Shown here in pieces: positions 1-14,400 of a DNA stretch of 64,000 nucleotides. The notes beneath the pieces were generated by a model. The model worked only from the letters and a program-made list of their open reading frames with translations, had not been told where the DNA came from and did no database searches. The DNA comes from Gnetum montanum (taxonomy: Eukaryota > Plantae > Gnetophyta), in assembly GCA_015680685.1 (NCBI GenBank), contig MNCI01000381.1, positions 152,676 through 216,675 on the forward strand. The letters are read 5' to 3'. The position numbers and the translations under genes were made by a program. The stretch's first letter is position 1, and every line of letters starts with the position of its first letter.

Positions 1-624
1 GCGATATCGCGGCTTAGTGCATATCGCGTCTCATCACATAGTTTCAAATTTTTTTGGCCTCTAAATCTGATTGATCCATATAATGGTGCCAATGCAATGA
101 TAATGGGAAGCATGTCAACTATATCAATTGCCATTTGCAAGTTCTAAGATTAAGGCCTACTTGTATGTGGAATCAAAATAAATTTTGATTTTGTTTGGCA
201 ACTATAGACTCTAATTGCAACATCTGGGACCTATCAAAAAAGGATGATGAGGCAAAAATGCAAGCCACAGAGTCCAACGAAAATCTGTTCTACATCAAAG
301 TTAAATTCCCTAGTTTTTAAGAAAAATATGTGCATCCTCACTTAGAAAATTTGTTTCTTCTTGTTTTAAAGAACTAAAATCTTCATTTTTGCCCATTCAT
401 CCTCATCATAATTTGTATCCTTGTCTTAGTTCATCATCATCATAACTCATAGCCTTGTCTTAGTAAAATCATATTTCTACTTTTATACTACTATTTCCAT
501 GTATGAAAAGTAAGATTATGTTACTGTGATTGGTAGAGTTTCCCCTCACTAGTATGATGATAGCATTATTTTATCGTGACATAGTAGTACTCTCTTAGAT
601 GAGGTTGGTAATTAGCCTCTTAGT

Positions 625-1456
625 CAAAAAAAGAAATACAAGATGAAATCCCTTGGTGTATGCTATTTGGATGACATTGTGTTGGTAGATATAGCTCTAT
701 AAAATATTGTTTCTAAAATAGAGAAGTCGAGGCAGGCTCTAAAATCAAATGGCTTACACATAAGTAGAAATAAGATAGAATATATGGAACACAATTTCAA
801 TAACAACATAAATAGTGGTAAAATCAAAGTGACAATTCAAGACCAAAATGTCTCTCACTGTAAATAGTTCCTCTCCCTATGATCAATCCTTATATCAAAT
901 GGTGAAATTGATAAAGATATAAGAATTAGAATTGAGGTAGGACAATCAAAATGGAGACAAGCTAGTTGTGTTTGATGTGCTAAAACAATACCAATAAAAC
1001 TAAAGTAAAAGTTTTATAGGACATCAGTTATGTTTGCTATCTTATATCGTGTTGAATGTTGGATAGTACAAAAGAGGCATGAATAACAAATCAGTATGGA
1101 AAAAATACAAATGCTGCTTAGATGAGTGCTGCATATTAGCAATAGAAATAAAATACATAATGTAGAAATTAGAAAAAGACTTGAAGTGGCTTCTATTTTA
1201 GATAAGTCATAGGAATGGTGATTTAATGGTTTGGGCATGTGCAGATAAGATTAGACAATGAGCTAATAAAAAAAGGTGATACATAGAGGAAGACTAAAAA
1301 AAGACATGAGAAAAAAAAATGATCAAAGATGATTTGAAGAAAGTGCAAATAAATAAAGATCTAGCTATTCATAGAGGTACATTGTGGAAAAAAAAAAAAT
1401 TTCATAGAGTGAACCCCATTTTGTTGAGACTAGGCTAGGATGATGACGAGGACGAG
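625..1456 (+). mobile_element. RTE-clade LINE, 5'-truncated degenerate fragment (RT C-terminal half and 3' end)
   Basis: Degenerate translation IQDEIPWCMLF-DDIVLVD...SRNKIEYM typical of plant RTE RT; ends in ctaggatgatgacgaggacga, the same (GAT)n-type tail seen at 17745-17880 and 28304-28330. Confidence 0.8.
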
Positions 1457-2205
1457 TTTAATTTCATTTTTATATGTTTTTTATCTTTTCTTTAAAATTT
1501 AAATTCATAACTTCATGTTACCTTATGAGATTGAATCTAGTTTTTATTTTTTTTAAAGGTAAGATGATTTGATATACCTAGAACACCCAAGTATTGAACC
1601 TGATGCAAAGCAATGCAAGTTAACCAACTAATCAATAACCTAGGCTCTATATACTTTTTATTTGCTAATAAACAAGCTTCGCGGGCGTTTTCTTGAAATA
1701 AAAAAGAAAAATCTATCGATTAATACGATTACGTAGGCATGGACGTCTAAATAGGCCAGGTCGCCAGGGACCCATTGGTGGAATAATCTTGAAATATATG
1801 TGGACGAGGACTTATTTTGTTCACCTGCAAAGCCCTTTCGTTTGGTTTGCTTTGGTTTTGTTTTGTTTTGATACGGATCAATTGTTACGGTTACGCTACG
1901 CAAGCGGATGTAGCAGAGGCGGCGAGGAAGCTTTCTTTGGCTTGGTTTTTATTCCAATTGCCAAGCGTTGCTTGTCGACTTCTTTTCTTTTCGCCGCTGG
2001 TGCTTGAGATTTTAAATTGGCTGCCTGCTCCCTGCGTTTAACAACGTAATTTTTAATTTTAGATTTTCGAAGCCGTTGGACGCATCGCCATTGTTGGTCG
2101 TTACAAGGCAAGCGCGCACGCATACATACATATATATATATATTACTGTTTGGCGCCAAATTCTCAACCTCTACCTGAAGCTGAAGCTGAAGCTCAAGCA
2201 CAGAC

Positions 2206-2448
2206 ATGGCCTCCGAAATTGAGACGCAGACGCAGATGCAAATGCCAGTTCACAATGACAACAACATGGACATTGACAATTTCGGTCAGCAAGGGCAAGA
2301 GGAAGAGGAAGAGGAAGAGGAAACGGCGTCTGCAGAACAAACTAGCAACATCAAGATTCTGCTGAGCGCCATGAATCTTATCTCGCATAACATCCCGCTT
2401 CCATCGCACTTATTGAATCGCATTACGACCGTCTACTCCTCCGCACAG
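2206..2448 (+). CDS. CHR12: CHR12-like exon 1
   Basis: ATG, acidic tract, [15 protein letters not shown] (cf. conserved ALNxxSRxLPLP); donor CAG|GTAGG. Confidence 0.85.
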
Positions 2449-5400
2449 GTAGGGTTCCAGTTTTTAAAGGAGTATCAGCTGGCATCTGTAATTTGAAGAT
2501 ATATATCTCTGTATTGCGAGGGTTTTATTGAGTTCACTGTCGCCTAGGGTTACAAAGAATCAATGCGAGTGTTAACCAGAGGAAAGGATAATATTTTAGC
2601 TCATTGCCAAACAATTCCGTACTCTACAACAGTTAAGCTGCCCTAAAAGTGTCGCCTATGTATCCTGAATAAGCATGCTTTATATTCTTTTTGAAGGTCA
2701 TTGAATCTAAATGGTTTATTGCTTCTCTTTTTATGTATTCTATGGTGGGATAGCCACAGTCCAGAGTTTTTAGGTTCTAGTTCGTTAGCTATAAGTGTTG
2801 TGCATGCATCTTTTGATTTCTTATTGGAAATTATATCAAAACATACATATGTTTTTGTTTTTCCAGAGTAACAATGCATCTGACAGTGATGGGAGCGATA
2901 TTGAATATTCTGCACAAAGTAAGTCATTTATCTTGACTTTAAAACTACATAAAAGTAAGCTTCAATCTTTTGGTTTCTGAGAATCGGGGGTTTTATTCTT
3001 TTTGTTCAATGTTTTCTCATCTTCCTGGATAGAGAAATGAATGCATTTTACATTTATTCTGACCTTCTGATTGATTATGAATGTCAATTTCCTAGTCAAT
3101 TTTCACAGTGTGAATGTGAAGTAAGGCTTGAAATTTTTTTTTTCTTTTTGATAAATTATTACAACATGCATTGGAAAATTGGAAAATTACGAAGCGGTTT
3201 GCAAAGACAGAGTCTTGTTCTTTTCATGCCTGTTAACTTCTAAACTTTATAATTTGTTAAACTTGGACTTGGTACAAGAACATGACATTACAAACCAAAA
3301 TTTGTGCACATTTTTTCATGTTAAAACAAGAATGGATCAGTTTTTTTCAGAAATAGCGTGCACTTGGAGTCATCACATTATCAAGAATGTGCCGAACACC
3401 AAGGATTAAAGTCATATATATGGCGACATTTATATTAGAAAATCACGTACCATAGGTCAAATCCTTGTAAAATGATTTTGTTATTTAAAAATTAGAAGAA
3501 TCCCAGGTGAGATTTATTTCTATTAAAAATAAAATTAAAAGTATTTAAAGGGTGGATGTAATAAATAATGGCCCCAAATATATAGAAAACTGTTTTCTTA
3601 TTTAATGAAAAATAGGCAAAAAATGGATTGGTCCCTATGATTATATGTTGGTCCTATAACTTATTTATAAATGGAAGGGAGTTGTATGTCATTTTTATGC
3701 TGAAAAATTGATGAAGGAAGGAGGCTGTAACCATAAAAAATTTCTCATAAATTATCTTGTATTATCATCACACATTGCATCTCTCATTACTATCTTGCAT
3801 CAACATTTCATACATTTCACAATCTCTCAGTATCTCACCCATCTTTTAAGTTATTTTACACGTTTCTCACACAAAAGTCACCTCTCAGTCATTATCTCTC
3901 ATTTCCCTCAAAATATCAGCTAGGGCCAAAGCTTAAAATCAGATTCATTAGAGAGCTAGAATTTAACACTTGCATTGCAAATTCTGGCAGTTCTGGGGTT
4001 AGGGTCCATCAGAAACAAAGTAGGGTGTGTCTTGAAGTGGATTGCAAGGAGAAAGAGGGTGGAAAGTCAGGCAAGTAGGTGTGAAGCTGGGCCTAATGTT
4101 TAAGATGCTCATCTGGGGAAAAACTAAGCTTGGGAAGTTTGGCCTTCTGAAGTTCGTTGTTCTTTGTGAAACTCAGAACCTTCTTGTTTTTGCTAGCTTG
4201 ACATAAAGTTCATGTACATCTCGTAAATTTTATTTTAAATCAGGAGTTTCAATTTAATATTTTGATGATTTTTTTTTAAAAACACCCCCCCCCCCTTACC
4301 TAACCCAGGAGAAAAAACTTTTGTTTGATTTAAATTTCTTTTTTCTTAAATTTGAAAATTATAATGTTGCATCAATTATATACCTTTAGTCGTGAAGCGT
4401 GTCTTAAGGCTGTTATGTGCATGTCAATAGCTGGTATTTACTTTCTTGTCACACTGTCTATTGTCATTATTCTGAAACATTCTCACTTGCAAGTTTAATG
4501 TCTATCCTATTTGTGACTTATGGTCTTCTCCTAATAATTTTTATTTGCAGGCAATCATGCATCCCAGCAAGATTCTGAGGGTTTGGAAGGCTTACAAGGT
4601 CATACGTCTCAAGAGGTTTGTGGGAAATTGGTTGGTTTTTATTTAGAACTTTTAGGTTGGATGAACAGACACTTTTGGATTAATTTTTTAGTTATAATTC
4701 TTTGTTCTTTGATGTCCATTTCCCCTTACAACTATGTTGCATAAAGTAGAACAGATGATGTGACAGCTCAATGTGTCAAAGCTGTGGTTTGTATATTTCA
4801 AGTTTGTGTTCATATTGTCGAGGCCAGGCAGTGTGGATTTGTAATTCTTTATGCCATGTTAGTGAACATGATATTGTGTTCCAGTTTTCCAATAACTTTC
4901 TTACATTCAACATTAATTTCTTTATTTTGTTGGATAATTTTAGTAACTATTTTGTATTCAATTCCCTTCAAGTATGCTTTGTGTTTCTATCATTAATCCT
5001 TAGCATATAATAATGATGGTCCACATTGAAGGCGTTAAATTACTTTGTACTCTAGCACTAACTGTGCTTATATTCTTTTTCAACATAATTACAAATATTC
5101 TCTTAGTTCACAGCTTAAGGATTTCATACTATGCATGACTTCTCCTATAGTGTTTTCACATGCTTTTAATCCCTGTTTTCTTTGTCGTTTTAGAGTATGG
5201 TAGTCTTATGTAGTGTTGTCAAATAGGGAAAGCTGATACTAGCGCCCTACAAATCCTTTGATGCAAAGGACAATTCAACATTTTTCTTAGACATTACTAA
5301 TTGAAACTTAGTGCACTTTCTTTCGGTTGAACTGAATTCTTTCTCAAAATCAGTTCTTTGTAAAAGGAAACAAAATTCTTTTTCAAAATTAGTTCTTAAG

Positions 5401-8400
5401 CGGTTAAGCCTGAAGGTATCTTTCTTTGGCTTCTAGGAAGATCTATTAAACAGCTTCTTGTGTAAAATCAGGTAGGCTAAAATTTGTTGTGATTCTTTTA
5501 AGCTTTCCTTTATTAGCTTTCTCCTTAATCAAGTACCATCGAGCTTTAGCAGTCATAATGGAATTCAGGAGAATTAATGCATGAAGTTTCTATCTTTTAA
5601 ATTATAAGATTTTACTGTTATGTTTCTTTTCACTTCTGTTTTTCAGCCGGGTGTTGTTTGTCAATGTAGGATGGTGATGGTGCATATATTGGAGGAGTCC
5701 TGTTAAATGACTTTGAGCATGCTGTAAAAATTCATAGGAGTCGCTTTATGACAGGTGCAGAATTGAGAAAAAGAAAAGAAGAGCGCTTTAAGACTTATCT
5801 GACTAGTCGTATGAATGAAATTAAAGGTGCGTTATAGCTCTTAAGCTTTTCTTGTAATACATATACGTAGTTTAATGTCATGTTACTGTTATGAAAGAAC
5901 CTTTTGATTTTGTGTTATAATAAGTACTTCAATCAGCCTTTCAAAAATAACTATACTTTCAACACTGACTAATAGGGCAGGGAATGATTTCTTTGTTACC
6001 AACCTTAACATCATGGAAGACTTAACATCCTAGCCTGACACAGGTCTTTAACATTTTAAAAGATTTTTTATCTTTTACCATCATTTCATGAACGTAACAA
6101 TTACCCAAAGTTAACTTTAATTTTTAAGGACAACCAAGTAAGTGCACCTGTAGCTCAATAGGTTTATTTTAATTTTTATTTTAAATGCTCTTACAAAGGT
6201 TAGACCAAAGTATATAAAATTTCTTAAATTTAATAAAGGTTAAATCAATGAAGAATGCGAAATATCATTCTGTTTCCCCCTGATCCAGTCAATGATGCAT
6301 GTAGACATTCTTATAGAAAGCCAATAACATTAGCATGTGTATTGAAGAGTATTGGTTGGGCTTTAATTACTGGTTTACTTAATGTTGAAAAAATAGAAAT
6401 AGGATAATTAGAAATTAAACTTTTAAACAAACTATGTAGAATTATCTGGGTTATTCTTTCTTGGCTTGATGTAGTAAAACAGAATGGTAGTAATATGCAA
6501 TATTTCGGGATCTTGTTGCACAAAAGGGCAGGAGTTTTCAGGGATATAAAATGTTATTTAGTTTTTAATTTTTGGACTGTCACTCTGTCAATATATATCA
6601 AGCTAGGCAACAAAGTTTCAAACAGTTTTAAAGTATTTCAAACTGTGATAGAAAAAATTGTTAAAATTTGCAAACAGAAGTCAGTAAGGTAGGTTGAACA
6701 AACTGATGTGCCATTTCCTTGTTAAAAAAAAAAACCAGAGCACTTTTAAAAGATCAAATAATAGTTGCAGCCTGTTACTAACAAAAAACTTGCAATGATT
6801 GACATAGGATTATATAACAGATAGGCTAAGGTTATCATGGAATTGAGGTTTTAAAAATTATTTCAAAGAATTTTGACCTGCTAACATCATGTCCAAAACA
6901 TAAAACACAATCTATCACCACAATCAAATAATACTTTTTTTTAAAATTAAAGTCTGGGCATATTAATAAAAAAACTGATATGTACAGTACATCCCACCAG
7001 GGAGAGACAAACAAATCAACAAGAAAAAGTCATGGGGGGTGAAAACCCCCTCCATCACCCAAAATGGAACCATCCCTTGACGCCAAACTTTATCCCTCAA
7101 TCAGAATTTCGGGGTTTTGGGGGGGGGGGGGGGGGGGGGGGGGGGCGCGAGGGGTGTGAAACCCCCTTCCACACATCAAAATGAACTCACCCCCTGACAC
7201 CAACATTGTTACCCCCCATTCTGACGTGGGGGTAAAACCCCCAAAAATAGCAAAAAGTTGTGGAATGCCTTGCCCATCCACCAACAAAAAGTCCAACCTT
7301 GACATCCCAACCCATGACATGGCCACAAGGCCTAAGCACAAGCACACGAAACATTCCAAATAAAATGAAAAATGTTCCAAATATCTTGGAGCTAAATTGA
7401 ACTAGGGTAGAAAACCCCAAAACCTACCACCACTAAAGTGTTAAAGGTAGGCATGTATAGGCATAAGTCGCCCGCTTCTGACTATGTACTACATCCAAAA
7501 CTGCTTGACGTCTTTCCGAGGCAACAAAAGTAGCCTCTTGAAAAATTTTTGAAAGTTGCTTCTGTTCTTGCACACATTGCCAGATCCCCCTCCTTATTGG
7601 GGCGCAGTTCCCATCCCTAGCACCCAATGTGCCTACGTAGAACACTCCAAGACGCATTCCTCCCAATATTAAAAATGACGTAAGGGTAGTGCCCTTGTCG
7701 TAGTTGTGCACAAGCGCTATTCTCATGTGTAGTGTCCAACCTTTGTTGTATCTGTGCCTCCTCCTCCTCCTCCCTTTTCCTATGCTCCCATGCTTTGTGT
7801 GCCTGCCTTTCTTGCTCCTGAGCCTCCTCTTGAAGTTGGGCAAATAGCTGCCCTCAACTCTGCCTCCATTGAATCACACGCTATTGCTTCCCCCAAGTCC
7901 TACCTTTTGCTCTCCTCCCTTGCTGTGTCTAGAAAATGTCACTTTGTTTCCTCTAGCTGCTATTGGAAAGCCTCCTCTTGCTGTGCCCACCTTTGCTCCC
8001 AGTGACTCCTCTCTTCCTTCGCTGTGGACTCTATAACTTCCACCAACAGAGCCTCCATCTACGGAGACTTGGATCTGGATGCCTCCCCAACTTTAGTAGT
8101 CGTCACATAAAACCCCCTCAGTGGTGAAGAGGAAACCAAATCCTTAGCCCCAAGGCCAGGAACCAGCCCACCCCCCTCCTCCAAAGCATTGGACAGCTCC
8201 ACCACCATTGGTGGCTCACTTCAGGTTCTTTGTCAACTGTAAACTAATTGGATTGTGGTACCCCCTACAGCATATTGGGGCGAGCTTGCCTCTTTCTAGA
8301 GCATCAAAATTAACCCTGAATGTCTTCCTTGGTGGCCCCGATGCAGCATATCCAGAAAGAAACGAGGCACATTCATCATGTATCCCAATCGTAGGCAACA

Positions 8401-11400
8401 CATGACACTAAAATGTAAACCTTGCAATTTGGAGACATTTCTCGATTGAACAAAAAACTGTTCAACTAAATCAGCAGCTACTTGCCATATTGTTGGCAAA
8501 GATGATTTTAGAACCTACCCACTTCTAGTCTTAGGAACGGGCCCAGGAAAAAATAGCTCTGTGTCATGCAGCCCTCAGCCCATAACCAGAATAATCTTGC
8601 CTGCCACTGGAACACCCAACAATGTCATGAGCGAAGCTTCTGTAAGCGAGATGTGCACACCCCAGAACATGGTAGAATCCCCCTCCCAATTAATGTAAAA
8701 ACCCTCATCTTCTACATTTGGTTCACCCTATAACCACGGCAGCAGCCAATCCCAACCAATCCATGCCACTAGCTACCACAGCTTTGCGTTTTCCTGGTAC
8801 TTGTCACATGACAATTCAAATGTTGATGTCACACTTATTATCACCCATGCCTCTTTCCACAAAGGAAAGCCTTTAGCTGCAATCTGCACTGGCATTGGCA
8901 ATTGCTTCGCCTAGAAAATGAAGTAAATTTGGGCCCTCCATAAGGACCACAAAATCACTGTAGCTCTTGAACTACTGTCTAGATTTCGTTGTCAAAGATT
9001 TGCTGCACATAAAACCCTGACTGTAAATGGGCATTTATAGGTAAAATGTGTCACCATCTCCACACTCACCATGCATAGTGGACATGTGGCAATGATATTA
9101 ACCCCCTTGCGCCTCAGAATCTCCCGAATCAGAATAGCATTATGATTTATTAACCAAACAAAGGCTTTAATTTTTTTGGGTAGGAAACCTAGCCATAGGC
9201 CCTGCCACCCCCAAACCATGGGGTACTGATGCTGGATTAGTTGTGTTAGGGTGGTCCCCATCAATGTTGCATGATGCATATAAGTGGCATGTTTGCAAAG
9301 TGCATGCTAGATGTGGGAATCATGTGTCCTTGCACTCCATGTTTGGTATTTATTTTCCATGATAGTGATCCATCACATCGGCCAGTAATAAGCCAAAAAT
9401 GACCTATTGAGTAGGCTTTGGTAGCACATGTCAAGAATATCCTAAAACTTGTAGATCCCTAGACCCCTAGCATTCTTTAGCCTTGCCACAATATGCCAAT
9501 TCACCAAATGTGCACAGCTTCCCTCTTTTCCCCTGCTTCAAGTAAAATTCCATATCGATATTTGTTGGGGGAGAGGCCACTGACGCAATGTACCTCACCA
9601 TGGTTGACAAAATCGATGAAGCTACTAAGGCCATCCTGCCTGAGTCAAAAAATGGCAGGTCCAATGGTCAACCTGTCTATGGAGATGTTCAAGCAACCGT
9701 GTTTATGTCTTGCTCCTATGCTAGTCATAAAGCGGCAGTCCAAGGTATACATCATCTTTGGAGTTGGGAAGCACTCCCAACTTTTGTGTAATCAACCAAC
9801 CCCTTGACCCTATCATCAGCGTTAGGCATGTGAACCGCCGACTTCCCCCTATTAATAGTCAACCTCCCCCGCCATTCTCTAGAGCACTTTATTAACCACC
9901 ATGGCCTGGTAAATAGCCGCCTTTGAAAACAAAATGGTTTCATATGCTTAAAGTTCCACCAGGCATCTAGTTCTAGCGATTTTGAGGCCTCTCACTTCCT
10001 CCATATCACAATAAGCTTGCATAGTGTCCATAACGAGAATAAAGAGGAATGACGACAAAGGATCACCCCATCTCAACCCCCTTCCCGAAGATGAAAACCC
10101 CCACAGTTTCCCCCAGGTCCAAAGAGAAACCCGTAGATGACTAAATATGAATGCATAGGTTAACAAAGGCTAGATGGAAACCCTTCCTTAGCATAATTTC
10201 TTGTAGCGCCTCCCACAACACCATATTGTAAGCCTTGGAAATGTCAAGTTTCAAAACCTACCAGGATATTTCATAGATCGCGGAGAATGGAGAACTTCTT
10301 GTACTAGCAAGATCTGGTCCTGAATGTAATGACCTTTGATGAAACCAGCCTGTTGAGACCACACCAGCCATGGCATTAGTGGCATTAATCGGGCAACCAA
10401 CATTTTTGAAAAAAGGCAAAGGAGGATGTTACAAACATCGATTGGCCAAAAATATGTTAGCTCTATTGGCAGGTCCGACTTTGGAATAAGAACAATGCGG
10501 GAACAATTTATCTCCTTTCAAACCTGTTGCCACCGTAGCATCTCATTAAACACATCCAACAAACTTGCCCCCATCACATCACTAAAAGTTTGAAAGAGCT
10601 CCATTGGTCGTTCATTAGGCCCCGGTGCCCATGCCTTCTCTATAGATCCTAGAGTTGTCTCCAACTCCCTTATGGAAAAAGGCTCCAAAAGGAAAATGTT
10701 GTCCTCCATGGTGAGGATTGTGTCAATTGGGATCGAAATTGGGTTCACCTGTTGGTGTTGCCAAATTTGAGACCAATAATCTAGAAGGGCCTATGCAATC
10801 TATTGATCATTGATGGTTTCCTGTCCATGAACTACAAGATTGTGAATCTTTTTTATGTAGTAGGTAGCTTTCACTGCAACAAAAAAGAAAAATGTATTCC
10901 GGTCTCCATCCTTTAGCTAGTGTGCATGACCTCATTGCCTCCAGTAGGCCTCTTCCTCAATGTCTAAGGATTGGAGCTTCGCTAGAGTCTTCCATTTCGT
11001 AGTTCTCAAATCTCTCTCCCTAACTCTTGCTTTGCCTAAATATTCGACAACTTATGCAGTAGGGTCATCTTCGTGAAACGGAAAGAAACTTTATCCTTTT
11101 CCTTCGCATGCAGCTCCTGCTTCAACTGAAGCAGACCCTGCTTAAGAAAATCTCTGGGCTTAGCCTGTTCCGAGTAGGAACCCTAGATGCTTTCCACCAA
11201 TAGGTGCATCCATGGTTTTTGGAGCCAAAATAGTTCAAATTTCAACAAGGTAGCCTTTCCATGATCCCTTTCCCCAATACAATAGAGCAGTGGATGATGA
11301 TTAGAAGCCATCTATTCTTTCCCTATCACCTCCACCCCCTGACTTAGAAGGAAGTGGGAACTGAATCACACCCTATCAATTCTTGTCATCACCAGATCGT

Positions 11401-14400
11401 TGCCCTTTTGCCGTTTGGTCCATGTGTATTGGCAGCCTTTGACCTCCAAGTCCACTAGCTCCTGAGTAACCAGGAAATCCAGGAACTCTTGAGCCCTAGA
11501 AGGCACTTGACCACCACCACTAGACTTCTCCCAATCATACAGCTGCTGTTTGAAGTCGCTCACCACAATCCACTGATATTTATCCCGGATTAGAGAAGCA
11601 GTCTTGTGCAATTCCTATAGTTGTTCCTCCCAACATTGAGGGCCATAGAAATTAGTAAGCCAAATGTCCCCATCTCTAAGGAAAATTGTAATGCGCTAGG
11701 GTGAACTATCAACAACGTCGAAAGGTCGTTGTGACAAAAAAGCTAGGCCCTTGGCCCTCCCTTCACTTCCGACCAACTGTACCTACCATCCCTACCATCT
11801 CAAGTAGTGGCCTTCCTAGGCTGAAGCTTGGTTTCTTGCAAGTAGACAATGTCACAAATTTCCCTGTGCACCATTTGTTTTAGGGTATTTCTTTTGTAGG
11901 AGGTACCTTGCCCCTTGTAGTTCCATGAGAGGATCCTCATGTTCTGCTTGTAACACATTTTTTGTAAACTCCCTTAAGGGTTGTCTGGACCCCCAAATCA
12001 ATCTCTAACTATGTTTGCCTAGAGTGAGATGTTGACCTCAATGGTCGACCAACTATTCGAGAATCCAACGAGATCAGGAAGGCATTACCCCCCTTCCTCC
12101 CTTCACCCTTCATGGCAATCTCAGCCATTGACGACAAAGGTCCTCCCTTTTCCACTGATACCCAAATTTCAAGTGGAGGTAGCTCCACCCCCACTAGCTT
12201 GTGTCCACTCCTCGGGGTCACTAGCGATCCTAGTGGCATCCTACTAGCATTGGCCACCAGCCTAAGCCCAACATCCTTCACCTCCGTTGCCCTTGTCGCC
12301 TCCTTTGCTTCTTGCCCATTAGCCCTAATGCTCTCTTGCTCCTACCCAACAACATCTTTATTTGGCAAAACTGACCCGCAATGCCCTTGGTCCGACTGGG
12401 CGGCCTTAGATGCAACTGGGCCCCCAAGAGGGGCCCGTGGCAACCTATAGTTGCGGGTCATAATCTTCGAGCAGTCTTCTGGCAGTTTCTGGCCAAGCCC
12501 TTTCTGCCCCACTCTGTAGTTTTTTGTCAGATGCCCTGCTTTTCCATAGGTACTGCAATGCATCGCTAGTGAAGACCTTTTTATGCCCCTTGGATCAACC
12601 ACCACATTCTCATATTCAACGACAACCTTTTCCTCCCTTGAGGGAAGGACCAAAGCAACCTCTTTAATTAGGTCCTTCAATGACAACAACCTCCAAAATT
12701 GAGCGAATCCCATTCGCTCCCTAGAACTCGTGAATCTGTTGAAAGAAATGAACTCACCGAAGGAATTAGCTAGGGTTTTAAGAAAATCCAAGGTCCAAAA
12801 CTCCCATGGAATCCTAGATAGCCGAATCTAGATAAAGGCTTTGGTGAAAAGGTCTAGGTACCAATGTGCACTTGGCTGCCAGTGGGTTAGAGTGAGTCCC
12901 CTCACCTCAAAAAACCAAGGGCCACCCATCAACACCTTGTCCCTATTTGTGGCATTTGGAAAGGTGAAAAGCAAAAGATTCTTTGGGAGGCTATGCACCT
13001 CCACGTGGCAAAAACCCCAGTGGACAGCAACCCACTTCTTGACCAAATCCAAACTTGGGCCAGCACCTGCAGAAGTAAACTTCCATATCAAGCTCAACTC
13101 AATTGTTTTGAGCCCCTCCGTAGGCAGTGCCTTCATGTGTAGGTGCATCTAGCCTTCCCCATGCTCACATGCCTCAATCCCCCCAACCCCAAGGCACAAG
13201 GAAGCCTTAGCTCAAGACCTGGAAAACCAGCACCCCTAGCCTTGAGTCCACCATCAGATGCCATGCCCCCTGCAGCACTGCTGCCCTCTTTGTCCACTGC
13301 TCCTCCCCCCTCCGTGCTCCCCAAGCTCCTGCCCATCGTTCTGCTCCTCCCCCCTCCGTGCTCCCCAAGCTCCTGCCCATCGTTCTGCTCCTCCCCCAAA
13401 TAATAATTTTAAACTTTTAAGACAATAATCTTTTTCCTGCATAAATGTGTTCCATAAACATATTACGTGAGAAAATAGTGCATTACATTGTATATTCTAA
13501 TTAATTATCTCTGTTTGAATTAATATCATTATAGAAACTTTTTTGTTTAATATTACTGTTTTACTTGTTTACGTTGTTGAACTAAGTTATTTTCTCTGTT
13601 ATTTTTAACAAAATGCAAACTAAATGCTTGTTATTTTAGGTTTTTGTGGTAAAACATTTTTATTGTAATTATTTTTTGATTCTAAATTTAAATTAAATTA
13701 TGTTTAGATTTCTGATTTCTTTACACATTGTCAATATAGAGCTGCCTTCAAAGAGGGGCGAGGAATTGCAGACAAAAAGTTTTATTGAATTGCTTGGCCT
13801 AAAGGTATATGTTGATTCACTTAGTAAATGTCTGATTTCTTGACTCGTTATTCTGTAGTGTTGTTACCTGACCTGGCTTGGAAAAAATGCCCTTTCTTCA
13901 GTTTTTGACTCACCTATGTAATTAAATCATTTAATTGATAACATAAATGTAAAACTTTTTACCAATTCATAAATAAAAAAAATTCTAGTACTTGCTTTTC
14001 ACAAGAGACATAGTCAAGATGGAAGTGATCAAATGCTAAATTTAAATCCAATGATAAATCTTGAAGTCCATGAATAATTTAGGCATATAATTTTATTCTA
14101 TTTAGAGTGTTTCATTGCTTTGCTTTCTTAAATGGAAATAAGGCCATAAAAAAGAGATAAGAAAAGGGAAAAACACCACATTTACAATTGTTTGGCAAGT
14201 TACGGGCAATCAAAGTGTGGTTCTTGATTGCATAAGCCTCAAATTAGGTACCGTCTCTGGAGCCTAGATTCCATCCTTGCAGCAGTTGTTTTCTTGGACC
14301 ACCTCCAACCAACAGTTATGGTTTTCCTGACTCACTACATCAGTGATTTTTCTGGAATCACCTTCAACCACTGATTTGTGGTTGGTGTTCTCCACTAACA

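Larger units (their letters stand above)
6934..13396 (-). mobile_element. L1-clade LINE copy A, near full length and degenerate, in intron 4
   Basis: ORF1 with DUF4283-like GGPWFF and PWEFW; ORF2 start [12 protein letters not shown] at 11940; APE, RT (GLRWGDPLS), zf-RVT (CPLC...H...C); T-run at 6935-6942 is the poly(A); candidate TSD CAAATAATA at 6925-6933 and 13397-13405. Confidence 0.9.

Noticed and set aside
5647-5669. Alternative upstream splice acceptor for exon 4
   Set aside because: Adds 23 nt and breaks the reading frame; no transcript evidence available.
7111-7146. Long poly-G tract as a G-quadruplex element
   Set aside because: It is the C-rich LINE 3' UTR on the other strand, and homopolymer length is unreliable.
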